A stretch of 64,000 nucleotides of DNA from Bilabrum cf. latius (GCA_965178125.1 OZ237761.1:620001-684000), one strand, 5' to 3'. Shown: positions 11,533 through 22,792, counted from the first letter of the stretch. The notes: generated by a model from the sequence alone, not told the origin. A program made the numbers and translations.

Positions 11533-12486
11533 TTAAAAATCTAAACTTAAATTATCGGTTTGTTTTTTAAATACTTGTTTAATGTGAGCTTCACCCCCGT
11601 TAAAATTCATTACGGGATACTTTTCATTTTGTTTATCAACCCAGTAGAACGCCATTGACACGCTCTTAAAGCTTCTATCCTTCATCATTGAATACCAGCG
11701 GTAAGGATTAGAAACATATAATATATTTTCTATTGGTGAGCTGTCATTAGGATTATACGGGTAGCTGGTTAATATAGGGGATTTATTGACGGCTATAGAG
11801 CCACCAGTAGATGATTTTGTGGTCACCAATTCTTTATTCACTGGAATATCACTTTCTACGATAATAGATTTAACAGGGCACCAAGAATTTAAATTCGTCT
11901 ATCTAGCCATAAAAACATAATCACCACTAGCAGGGGAATTATTATATGAAAGTTTAGCAAATAAATCACTCGGTGTGGTTGTTATTCCTTCATATTCAAA
12001 TTTATCAAATAAAGCAAAAGCTTCAAAATTAACAAATAAATAATAATTATCTCTAAAATCTTCAGTTGTTGATAAACTCCATTTATTATTTTCAAATTTA
12101 AAGACTGGTTTATCACCACTTGGAAGGCTTACCAAATCACAAATTCGGCTTAACTCTTCATTAAATTCATTTACAATATCCTAATATGAATAATAAAATT
12201 TAGCTTTTTTACCTAGAACTATATAATCGCCTGCTCTGGCTCCTGATGTTTTATTCTCAAGAGTAAATTTTAAATAGGTTTTACCGCTGTCATCCTAATA
12301 TTCAGGTTTAAACACCGGTAGCATAAATTTATTTAAATCCATCTCTTCAACAGCCGTTAAATAATTTTCACTTTGTTTTAATATTAAGCCTTCACGGGTT
12401 TCATTCACTACCGCCTATCTCGTCTAATTGTGGGGGACAGATGAACTAACTAAATTCAATCTTACAAATTCATCGCTATAACTCAT
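11533..12486 (-). CDS. Virophage minor capsid (penton) protein (317 aa)
   Basis: 5 TAG, ends TAA. Motifs NETR..LILK..ENY, LPVFKP and WCPVKSIIVESDIPV resemble virophage pentons. Confidence 0.85.
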
Positions 12487-12619
12487 TTTATTTATATATT
12501 AAAGCTATACAAATAAATATTTATTAATAAACCTTATCTAATATTTCATCTTGATTTTTACCCTTCACTTTTACCAATATATTTAAAAGTTTGATTGAAT
12601 TTAGATGGATGAAAAATTG

Positions 12620-12813
12620 CCCTTCTAAAACGATGGAACTTTTCTAAATAAAAGGGCTTATATCTTCATTTCACCTTCACAAGAGGCCCTACATCCACGT
12701 TTTGCTAGAAAACACTATAATATATACGCAATTTGTGGATATAGCCATCGTATGGATTTTATTTTAGAGATAATCATATTTTATTATTTTATTCTAGCCC
12801 TTTTATTAGATGG
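12620..12813 (+). repeat. Dispersed non-coding virophage element, copy B
   Basis: Inverted homolog of 1630-1825, lying between the protease and penton genes. Confidence 0.8.
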
Positions 12814-12822
12814 TCGGAGTAT

Positions 12823-13398
12823 TCAATGTAGAAGCAACGCCACTAACTAATCAGGACTAAGAGCCATAATTTTGGATATTCTAAACATTTCATTTACAAA
12901 CTAATCATTTGATAAGAAAGAAAAAGCGTTTCTTAATAGAGCCCATCTTCCACACGTAGCGCTGTTGTTAGCATAACTCTAAATCGGTTTATGATTATAA
13001 TCAATTTTCCAACCTTCCATTTTCTAATCAATTAAATACTTTACCAGCGTATTTTCTTCTCCTTCTCCTTGATACAATTGGTCTCTATTAATAAATGGTT
13101 TCTATTGGTCGGGTTTTTCTCCATAGCTATCAAAGAAGTATATTATTTTGCTTGATGGTTTTCTGGTCAATGAAATGAAATGACCGTATGTGCTATTTAG
13201 TCCCGTCTTTTTATTAGGATAATAAATAATTACGCCGTCATAACCATCAAAAATATGTTCAATAGATGAGGTCTATTTAATAATATCATCGTAAATAACT
13301 ATTCTAGGTTTGTAATTCAAATGTGCTACACCTAATTTTTGAATTTCTAAAGGAGATAACGGTGTTTGGACTAGTCTATTTAAGTCGTTTATGTTCAT
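12823..13398 (-). CDS. Virophage maturation cysteine protease (adenain/Ulp1-like, 191 aa)
   Basis: GHF...YFFDSYGEKPD...YNHKPI[TAG]SYANNSATCGRW. 6 TAG, ends TGA. Confidence 0.93.
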
Positions 13399-13406
13399 TT
13401 ATATAT

Positions 13407-14477
13407 TCAATAGAGAAATATTTTTTTTGTGCTAACTACATAATTATTATCAACATTAATAGCAACATAACCAAAGAGAGGGAGAGAATGAAGGGTTTTT
13501 TTAATTCGTTTTCTAGTAGGAGCGTCAAAACTTAAGACTGTTTCTAAAATATATTTTAAACTTTTAGCTGTAATTGTTTTATAAATGATATGGGTTGTAA
13601 TTTCGTTCATAATGGTTCGTGTCTTCATACCGTCGCTTATTTTGTGGGTGATGTCTAAAACGCTACTTGCTGTGTGCCTTCCTGTAGTTGCTAGGATTTC
13701 CAATAAAAAATAAGCCTTTGCTTTCTGGTTCCTTTTTTTAAAGCCTTCGTAATCATCCAGAATAAATAAATTAGGTTCAGCGGTCAATTTTTTAAAAAAC
13801 TCAACATTTAATTTAAAACCTTTTTCTATTAAATCTTTCTCAGGTTTCAAATCCTCTATCTTTCTTTCAGCTTCAATAACAACATCTAAAGGTTTAGATT
13901 TCATCAAAGAAGATTTTTTATATTTAAATTCTAATTTCATTTTTTTATAATAAGCCATTTTTTCCTTATATAAAGTGTTTTCATTCTCTTTAACCAAATC
14001 ATCTATATCAATGAAGGTCGCGCCTTCTCTTTTATATTTAGGGTCTTGAATTGGTGATATAACATACATATTTTTATATTTTAATCCTCTATACATCCTT
14101 ATATAATGTAAAGCTAAATGACTTTTCCCGCTTCCACTCTTACCAAATAATCGCACATATTCACGCCCCTATGGAAAGAGCATAGGAAAAGGTAAATATT
14201 GACTATTATCTTTAATAGCAAATTCCTAAACTGACCGTATATATTCATCTTGTAATAATTTATGTAGTTGTTCCCTTTTCTTGTCCTTATCAACGTTATA
14301 TCTTACTCGGCTTTCTCCGTAATAAGATTTTAAAACATCATCTGTTATCTCTTCCGCTTTGACGTGTTGAATATCTTTAGCGTTCGGGTCGTAATAAATA
14401 AACCGGTTCTATTGTGTTTTTTTATATTTTTGAATAGCTACAATATGGCTATTTTCCGTATATTGTAAAGATAGCAT
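13407..14477 (-). CDS. FtsK/HerA-like (A32-type) DNA packaging ATPase (356 aa)
   Basis: Walker A GKSGSGKS, Walker B LFILDD, TGRH motif. N-terminal extension through 3 TAG to ATG 14477. Ends TGA. Confidence 0.92.
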
Positions 14478-14569
14478 TATATATAATAATAAAATAAGAT
14501 AAACCATTTATTCACACGGGTTTAAAATATTAAGTTGGTTCCTTCTTCTATCCTTCCTCACAAAAAAAG

Positions 14570-15385
14570 TTATAGAGACATAATTATATTTTTAATTTCC
14601 GCCCGTGTTTTCCTATTTATGTATTGGTCAATCCACGATATTATCTTATTAATATTTGCTTTAGAATACTTTGAAAATTGTTTTATTATTTCCACATTTC
14701 CTAATGCTTTTCTCATTAGTCCTTTTAGGCTTTGAAATGATTTTGACTTCTCGCTTTGATGTCCTTTTATTCTTAGCATACTTTCTAATCGCATTCTTAT
14801 GGAATATAAATATCCTAATGCTTCCCTATCAATTAAATCATTGACTCTTTTTTCATTCCTCTTCTCACCTCTTAATTTAAATAAATCCTTCAATCGTTTT
14901 AATACTTTAAAATTATTAGAACCAAAATATTTATCTACATCTCTTATTAATCCATCTTTTACCTCGTCCTAATCTATTTCATAATCACTTATATGATAAA
15001 TTATGCTTATTTCATCTATAAATTTTCCATCAAAAGCCCAAAAATCAATTTTTAAGTATGGTTTATCTCCGCTAAATATCTATTTATAAATGGTTTTAAC
15101 GGGTGTAGATATGAATGCTTTTATGGTCTTGTATTTTTTATTACCAGCTTTAACCTCAATAAAATTAACCTAACTTATAAAAACCTTTACAAATCTTATT
15201 AAACTATTTATAAATTCAGGCTCTACTCTCTAATATAAATCTATATCACTAGCAAACAAGGAATAATAAGGAATAGCATACGAACCATTTAAAAATAAAT
15301 TAGCCCCCTTCTTAAAATTCACCTCATCAATTATATCGTTCTCGTATTCATTAAAATAAGCTTGTGTCAATTCATTAATTTTCAT
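14570..15385 (-). CDS. Putative Pol-beta-superfamily nucleotidyltransferase-like protein (271 aa)
   Basis: NGSYAIPYYSLFASDIDL fits hGS-x(9-13)-DhD, with a later KID. 4 TAG, ends TAA. Confidence 0.6.
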
Positions 15386-15442
15386 TATATATTATAAGTA
15401 TGGATAAATAACAAATTATATATACCCAATATATACAATAAT

Positions 15443-15823
15443 ATGAGCGTTAAATAGAGCATAAATGATATGACAAATAAAAGCCTTCATCATCTTGGAA
15501 TAAACAGAAATGATTATAAAAAAGAAATTGATAAAATGGTTGAAGATACCGCAAACCAAATATTAAACGCAACCACAAAAGGAAAGACAAAAGGGGGAGC
15601 TTTGATTGCCGGCTCAGCTAATGTCCTTGCTGGTAGTGTTAATTATATTGGAGGAAAAAAGAAGGGTTCAAAGAAAGCCCCTAAAACAAAAAAGCCCCGT
15701 AGTGCTAAATAGTTAAAGAGGGATAAATTAATGAAATGGTGCCGTCAAAAGGGAATGACAATGAAAGCCAGCAATGCTTTTATAAAGAAACACGACCTTA
15801 TGAATAAGGATATTTCATTTTAA
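15443..15823 (+). CDS. Small basic, putative virion core/DNA-binding protein (126 aa)
   Basis: 2 TAG, ends TAA. TKGG and YIGG motifs followed by a Lys/Arg-rich tail. Confidence 0.65.
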
Positions 15824-15900
15824 AAGACAGCCTACCAATTGACATATTATCTCTTAAGTTTATAAATTATTAATTATATCATTAATAATATATATATACA

Positions 15901-17970
15901 ATGTCAAACAATACAATTAATGATTTACTGAAGGGTATTATGTAGAAACGGTCTAATCAACTTAGGATACAAAATGACCCACAAGTTAGATTAATGATAT
16001 AGCAAGAAGAAGATGAAGCAGAAGCCAGAAGAAAAACCCTAAAAGATGATGCTTTTCTTCGTGCTAATTATGTTCCTATTGATGTTAGAATTGAAAGACA
16101 ACAACAACAACAAGGAATTGAAAATATTATTAAAAATATTAAGACTATGAACGCTAAAAAAGAATTACCAATTTATCAAATAGAAAATTTACAATCATTT
16201 ATAAATAGAAATCCAGATTTACCGGATAAATTAAAAAGATAGGTTGTAGATACCATTAATAATATTAATGTAAGGTAGGTAGTAGGACCAGCAAGCGATA
16301 AGAAAAAGGTATTTGATGGAATTAAAAATATTAATATGAGATTATTCACAACCACCAAAGCACAACGGGACGCAGTATTAGAACAATTACCAAGCGATAT
16401 GAGAGGATTAAAAGCAGTTCAAATACGAAACGCTTTACGACAAGCTGGAATCACGAAAACCCCCCAAGGATAGAATGTTTCACAATTAACAAAAGTTGAT
16501 GACGCTGTTAATGCTTTATAGGATGTTTTAAATCCTCCTGAAGCCGTTCAACAATAGCAAAGAGATGACCCGCAACCTGATAGACCTGAACCAGATAACC
16601 CGCAACCGCCACCAGAACCAAGACCAAAACCCCCTCCAACACCACAAGAAGCATTAAGCCCAGAACTACAAGAACAAATTGAAGCACTTGAAAGAGTAGC
16701 AAACGCCAATCCTTCAAGTAGTAGAAAAGCACCAAAGAAAACCGAACTAGCATCAATACTTAGATAGTCAAATGTTAAAGGTGTAAAAGGACGGTCTAAA
16801 GTTGATTTTATAAAAAGTGCTTAGAAGAAATTATCAGAACTTAAACAAAAAGCACAAGAACAAGAGGCATCACAATCATCAGGACAAGAAGAAGAAGGGG
16901 AGAACGCCAGTAGAAATTTATCAGGCTAGTTTTCAAAAGTATCACCCGCACCAGTTCCACCTAGTGGATTCTTACAAGCATCACCAGCACCACAAGGACA
17001 ATCACCAGAACAAGAACAAGGACAATCACCAGAACAACAACAAAGCACATTTGGTTCTTTAGGACAATCGGTTATGGATGGTATCAGTTATTTAACAGGA
17101 AAAACAGGCTCACAACCACAAGCACCCCCCGCAGGTCAAGACAGAGGAAAAGGTGAAGCGATGGCAGTAGATGAAGATGGAGAACCTATTACAGATGAAT
17201 TTGGAAGACAACTTACAGAAGTTCAATTCAGACAAAGACAAGCACAGGCAGAACGAGATGAAGCACAAAGACAACAAGAAGAAAAAGAAAGACAAGCTAG
17301 AGAACGGAGGGGAGCCCCAGATGAAGAACCAAGAGATGGAGAAGCCGTAGAACAAGCACAACCAGCAGAACCAGCAGAACCACAAGAACCAGAAGAACCA
17401 CAGAAAACAGATGATGAAATAGCCAAATCAATAGGACAATCAATAAATGTAAAAACAGGTTCAACTAAGGAATAGATATTATCACAATTACAAAAAGCTG
17501 GAATAAATCCAGTAGAATCAAAAACCGCAACTACATTAAAATATATTGTACGAAGGCTTAAAGCCGGAGTATTACAACCTAATCTACCACCTGAGAGAAT
17601 CGCTGATTTAGTAGCCAGAGCAAATACAGAAGGAAGAGATACAAGAGCAGTTAGTAGACAAGCAAAAAGTATTCTTACTGATAACGGTTATCAAATGGAT
17701 GGAATACCTATATGGACATATTCACCACCAGCTCAAGGTTTCGGAAATAAAGACCCTTATAATATGTTAATGAAAGCTATTAATTTAATTATTGATTAGA
17801 AAATAAAAACATAGAACAGGGGCGGTAGTTGTGGATGTGGCAAGCATAAAGGAGGACAAATTGAACAAGAATATTTTAATGTAGCCGGTGGTAAAGGTAA
17901 TCATAATGTGAAGGACAAGGTAAAACAAATCTTATATCAACACTTTGAAAAACTAAGATTATTAAAATAA
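15901..17970 (+). CDS. Large Gln/Glu/Pro-rich virophage protein (689 aa)
   Basis: Open apart from 13 TAG, including CAA-CAA-TAG-CAA. Ends TAA. C-terminal NRGG, HKGG and VAGG motifs. Confidence 0.8.
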
Positions 17971-18015
17971 TTAGTCTATAGGATAATAATATTTTGTTTT
18001 GTATAGATATATATA

Positions 18016-18633
18016 ATGGCAGAGTTAGTAGCAACAGCAAGCACGGTTGGTGGGGTGTTGGTTCCTCTAGGATATGCGGGATGCTTCCTTTGGAACTTAT
18101 GTTCCTCACTTGCGAATCGTAAAAAATTGTGTTTAGTCCTTCCACGAAAAGGAGGTAAAAGTTCACTTAACAAAAGTTTAACGTCTATAGACCCGAATAT
18201 TCTATTAGTTGATTTAGATGAAGTCCTTAAAGTTAATGCTGACACCAAACAGGTCGTACATTTGAATGACGCCGAAGCTAGGGGCGACGTATCAACAGCC
18301 AAACTTTTAAAATTTGAGCTTATGAAAAAAAGCATTGAGAAAGTTAAATCAAATTGGTTATAGAAAGCAGAACATAGAGCCGTCTTTCTTACTTCAGATT
18401 TTGACCTAGCAAAAGAAATATTCAAGCCCTCCAGCGTGTGTGTAGCAATACCAAGCGATAAACTATACAGCAATATCTCTAAAGATTTAGACGAGAAGGA
18501 TAAAGCAGTAGCTAGACATTCACGAGCTGAATTTTTGAAGAGCTTTAACCCTAATGAATATAGCGTATATAATACCTTTGAAGGGCTTTCATAGATGGTG
18601 ATGAATGTCTATGGTCTTACATATAGGGTCTAA
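18016..18633 (+). CDS. P-loop NTPase/kinase-like protein with hydrophobic N-terminus (205 aa)
   Basis: LCLVLPRKGGKSSL...LLVDLDE. 2 TAG, ends TAA. Confidence 0.6.
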
Positions 18634-18669
18634 TTATTTGAATATTATTAAATAATAAATTAATAATAT

Positions 18670-19827
18670 TTATTTAGTCTTATTATTAAAATTATCCTTT
18701 AGGGTTTTTGATATATTTTTAGCCGGCTCCGTTGTTATCTTCCATTGAATTAAATATTCATCTTGTCCCTCTTTATTCTTTCTTCTCTTTATTATTTTAC
18801 CTATATCATTCTAATATTTTCTTTTAGTAGCCTCATCAACATATGAATCTTTCCATTTAACCCTGTATGTATTATTTTTATTCTTTCTTATCAATTTTTC
18901 AATTATAAATATATCTTGTGCTTTATTCTCGTATGGTTTAGATGCTAATAACAACTAATCTCTATTAAAGTATGTATAGGGTATGCCCTCAATTTTATAT
19001 AATGGGGGGTTATCTGGTTTTATTATTACTCTTTCAATTTTATAAGGCTTTACGCTATATTTAATATCTCCCGCCCTAAATGCTCCGGTTTCCTTTATCC
19101 CTTCTATACTTCTAGGATAATCTAATCCTATTCTTACCATTTCGCCCTCATTTAATACATCACATACTTCACCCTAACATCTAGGCGGTATATATGGTAG
19201 ATTCTCCCTTTTCTTATTCAACATTTCCTATCTTGTTTTATAACGCTCGTTTAATATCTCCCTCAACTTTGGTATTAAATGTCTCCAGTTCGTAATAGTT
19301 GTCCCCGTTCTTATCTCCTATGAATTCAAATAATAAAATATAGCTCTCCCTATTTCCTCATTCAATCTCTCCACCAAAGCCATCTACGATTTACGCTTCA
19401 CTCTTGAAAATATATGCTCTATCTTATTCTTCTTTAGATATTCTTTAAATGATTCATTATCAAATTCTCCCCCTTTATCTGTTCGTATCATTTTAGGTTT
19501 CATTAAATAATTTCTTTTATAGATTTTTTGAAAAGCTTTTATCACATCCTCCGCCCCTCTATCCTTTAACTCTTCAAAATCTAACGCTAATCCGCTAGTA
19601 TCTATCACAACTAATAAATATTTTGAATCGTTCTTGGTAGCGTAAGGGAGATACAATAAATCAGCCTATTGGATAAGCCCCTCTTTAGTAGGTTTATAAT
19701 ATTTAACATAATTCAATCCTTTCGGTTTCTTTATCGGCTTCATTAAATCGTTCGTGATAGACTTCGTATTAAATCCAAAACTTGATTCATTAATATCATT
19801 ATCTTTTTTCTTTCCTCTCTTACTCAT
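18670..19827 (-). CDS. Retroviral-type (rve) integrase with C-terminal chromodomain(s) (385 aa)
   Basis: Q[TAG]ADLLYL, YLLVVID, IRTDKGGEF, [TAG]MALVERLN, then YRVKWK and EYLIQWK..EP. 7 TAG, ends TAA. Confidence 0.93.
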
Positions 19828-19867
19828 TATATATATTAATTGATTTTAATATTTATAAATTAATTAT

Positions 19868-20239
19868 TCACGAATTAAAAAGCCTATTAATAGCTTCATT
19901 CGTTTTAATGTGCTCCTTGGTGTCTCTTATCTCCTAATGGATATCAACCAGCTTTAATTTTTCTTTCTTAGTGAGTCCGTTCATCCTTCCTTTTAATGCT
20001 TTTAAAGTTTTCATATAAGGGGCTATAGCTTCTGCTTTCTTTTTGCTCACCTCTTTATATTCCACATTAAGAGCGGTTAATTTACTATTCACTTTATTTT
20101 TTAATTCTGTCTCTTTTATTTTTAGTTGCTTTAACTTTTGTTCTAATTCACGATTGGTCTTCTTAAAGTCTTCTACAATATCAAGAAATTCATTCTTTAA
20201 CTTTGAGCGGGTATTAATCACTTTTTGTAATTTATCCAT
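19868..20239 (-). CDS. Coiled-coil hypothetical protein (123 aa)
   Basis: ORF extends through TAG 19934 to TGA 19868. Confidence 0.65.
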
Positions 20240-20340
20240 TTATATATAATTACTAGATATTTTTTTTATTTTTTTTAAACTATAGAATTTTATAAAACGG
20301 GTTTAATAAATTAAAATAAAATATTGGGCTACATTATAAT

Positions 20341-20757
20341 ATGTTCGTTAAGTTCCTGTTATCAAGTGTCAACGTTAAAAAGGTATTCCAGAATAAAAGC
20401 ATCTCCACTTTTATGTCAATCGTATATATTTATGTTGAGAAGCACAAACCATCAATGTTAAAGCATTTTCAACTTGATGACCTTCGTGTCCCTCCAGATT
20501 GTAATGAACGACTTAAAAAAAGAGTATTAAGTGAATTTGAAGAAATTGATTATATATCATATTTCGTTCAACCATTTAGAATAATACACAAGCTAAATGA
20601 AGAAAATGTTGAATGCCTAAGTGAAGACTTAAATGATACCGTAGCCATAGATTTATTGGTTAAAAAAGAGAAGGAAGCCATTGAGAAATCAATAAAGAAA
20701 TAGAAGGATGACATCATCAAAAAGGCTATAGATGACTTTATCTTACCCAAGGATTAA
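20341..20757 (+). CDS. Virophage hypothetical protein (138 aa)
   Basis: Extends through TAG 20701 to TAA 20755. Confidence 0.6.
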
Positions 20758-20804
20758 ACTATATATTAATAATAATAATAATAGTATTATTAAAATTCAA
20801 AAAT

Positions 20805-21152
20805 TTATTCTAAAAACTCAATATCAAACCATTCATTTGAATCATCATATTCTTCAGCATACATCAACGATAATTCTATATACTCTTCTAATTCACTATT
20901 AGTAAGGTTATCAATTTCTTCTTCTTTCAATAGTTTGAAATCGGTTCCGTTGTCATCATTAAAACTTTCAACTTGACCTTCTGCTTCCTTTTTATATTCT
21001 TCTTTCCAATTATCACTCCATACAACTCTCTTCGCTTGGTCTTTTAAAGTGTCAGTATAAAGCTTTTGTGCTTCTTCCTTATTATTAAACTTTTTAACCC
21101 AGTGTGTATGATAACATTCACTACCCCACGCTAATGATACAATATAAACCAT
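20805..21152 (-). CDS. Acidic hypothetical protein (115 aa)
   Basis: Clean ATG-TAA ORF. Confidence 0.7.
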   Translation of the reverse strand: MVYIVSLAWGSECYHTHWVKKFNNKEEAQKLYTDTLKDQAKRVVWSDNWKEEYKKEAEGQVESFNDDNGTDFKLLKEEEIDNLTNSELEEYIELSLMYAEEYDDSNEWFDIEFLE

Positions 21153-21193
21153 ATCTATAATAATTAAAAGTAAAATAATTATTATAATAAAAC

Positions 21194-22294
21194 TTAATTA
21201 AAATTATCCTCTATCTCTTCTCGCTCCTCGTTATCCAATACCCATTCTAATCTTGGAGGGTGCCACGCTCTAGCTATTAACTCCTCTTTATACTTCTTGG
21301 TTTGTTCTATTGTTTTATCTTTTCTTTTTTTATAATATGGTATCAGTGTTGTGGAATAATCAATTCTAATATCATTAATTCCATTTTCTAGATGGTTAAG
21401 CGAGGTACAATCGTAAAATATATAATAATCCATATCATCAACATTACTTAAATCCCAATTGTTCAATGGTTGATTGAATGATTTACAATTACTAAACATT
21501 TCACCCATACTGTTAACTTTAGAAACATTCCAATTATTCAGTGGTTGATTAAACTTTACACATTCTCTAAACATACCATACATATTGTTCACATTTGAAA
21601 CATTCCAATTATTCAGTGGCTAATTGAATGATTCACAGTTATGAAATAAAACACTCATATTTTTCACATATGAAACGTCCCAATCGTTCAGGGGTTGATT
21701 AAATGAATCACAATCAAAAAATAAACCTTCCATATCAAAAACACTAGACACATCCCAATCAGTCAATGGTTGATTAAATAGTTTACAGTATCTAAACATA
21801 AAATTATTTTTTTTTACATTTGAAACGTTCCAATTATTCAGTGGTTGATTGAATGATTTACAATATTCAAACATCCCAGACATACCCCAAACATTTGAAA
21901 CATTCCAAGTATTAAGTGGTTGATTAAATAGTTTACAATATTTAAACATACCACTCATAGTCTCAACATTTGAAACATCCCAATTATTAAGTGATTGATT
22001 AAATGACTTACACCCAAGGAACATAAAAGCCATATTTTCTACGTTTGAAACATCCCAAGTATTTAAAGGTTCATTAAATTTTTTCTTATATCTAAATAAA
22101 GCACTCATATCTGTAATAAATGTTGTTACTATTTCACAAGGCTTCTTATCTTTTAATAAATCTTTTAAATGGTCTTTACACCTTGCTATGTAATAGGTTT
22201 GACCTTCAAAATAGACGTTCCAGTTTATCCTTCTATAATAATCTTTCGGTTGTGTAGCTTTCAAGGTTCCATTTTCCCATTTTAATAATTCCAT
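21194..22294 (-). CDS. DUF285/BspA-like repeat protein (366 aa)
   Basis: Tandem 25-aa repeats FNQPLNNWNVSNVxxMxxMF. A single TAG (21620) sits at the repeat Gln. Ends TAA. Confidence 0.9.
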
Positions 22295-22322
22295 TCTGTA
22301 TATACCTATAATAAATATATTT

Positions 22323-22339
22323 TTTAAGTCAATTTAAAC
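22323..22339 (-). promoter_or_regulatory. Virophage promoter-like motif GTTTAAA(A/T)TG(A/G)CTTAAA; also at 540-556, 978-994, 9123-9139 and 9553-9569
   Basis: Five near-identical copies, each ending 28-29 nt before an ATG in gene orientation. Confidence 0.8.
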
Positions 22340-22792
22340 GCTCTATAACAATTTAAAAATAAAAGCGCGTTTGTTCCATTTGTGAAGGTATAAGCGAGGA
22401 TAAGGGGGTATAATGAAGGTAGTTTAGAAGGTTGAATAATGGAGTCCCATAAAGTGATGGAACTTTTGGCTAGAAAATGGCTAGAGTCCCATAACACCTT
22501 CACAAGAGGGCTACATCCACGTTTTGATTAGAACTTACTATAATATATACCCAAAGTATGGATATGGTCATCGTATAGAGTTTTATATATAATTGATTTT
22601 ATATAATTAGAAGGATAAAGCAGTTATATGAAGTAGCAGTATGAAGAGGATCACCTTGACTTTTGGAGCGACTAGCTCCAAAAGGAGTGGAACGGACTGA
22701 AGAGCTTTAGCTCTGATGGACTGGAACTATTGATGATGTTAATCATCCTTAACCGAAGGGAATAAATTTATTTATTACCGTAGCGGGGGGGG
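22340..22792. repeat. Probable right terminal (TIR) region of the virophage, containing copy C of the dispersed element (22449-22585)
   Basis: Non-coding AT-rich end before the host junction. The partner repeat is not in the window. Confidence 0.5.

Larger units (their letters stand above)
1..22792. mobile_element. Endogenous virophage (mavirus/EMALE-like provirophage), left end outside window
   Basis: AT-rich block in a GC-rich host. Contains packaging ATPase, adenain-like Cys protease, penton and ~630-aa MCP in mavirus order, plus an rve integrase with chromodomain. Sharp AT-to-GC switch at a G8 run (22785-22792). Confidence 0.92.

Noticed and set aside
12979-21622. TAG as Trp (A-to-I editing), Leu or pyrrolysine
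   Set aside because: Diagnostic sites (protease oxyanion residue, integrase QADL, FNQPL repeat, poly-Q run) all indicate Gln.
9572-22294. Ciliate-type code (TAA and TAG both Gln)
   Set aside because: AT-rich viral genes have dozens of internal TAG and no internal TAA, and most end at TAA.
1-22792. Bacterial or phage contaminant, or chimeric join
   Set aside because: Virophage gene set, the same TAG usage as the host, a eukaryotic retrotransposon inside it and an integrase all support real integration. Spanning long reads would confirm it.
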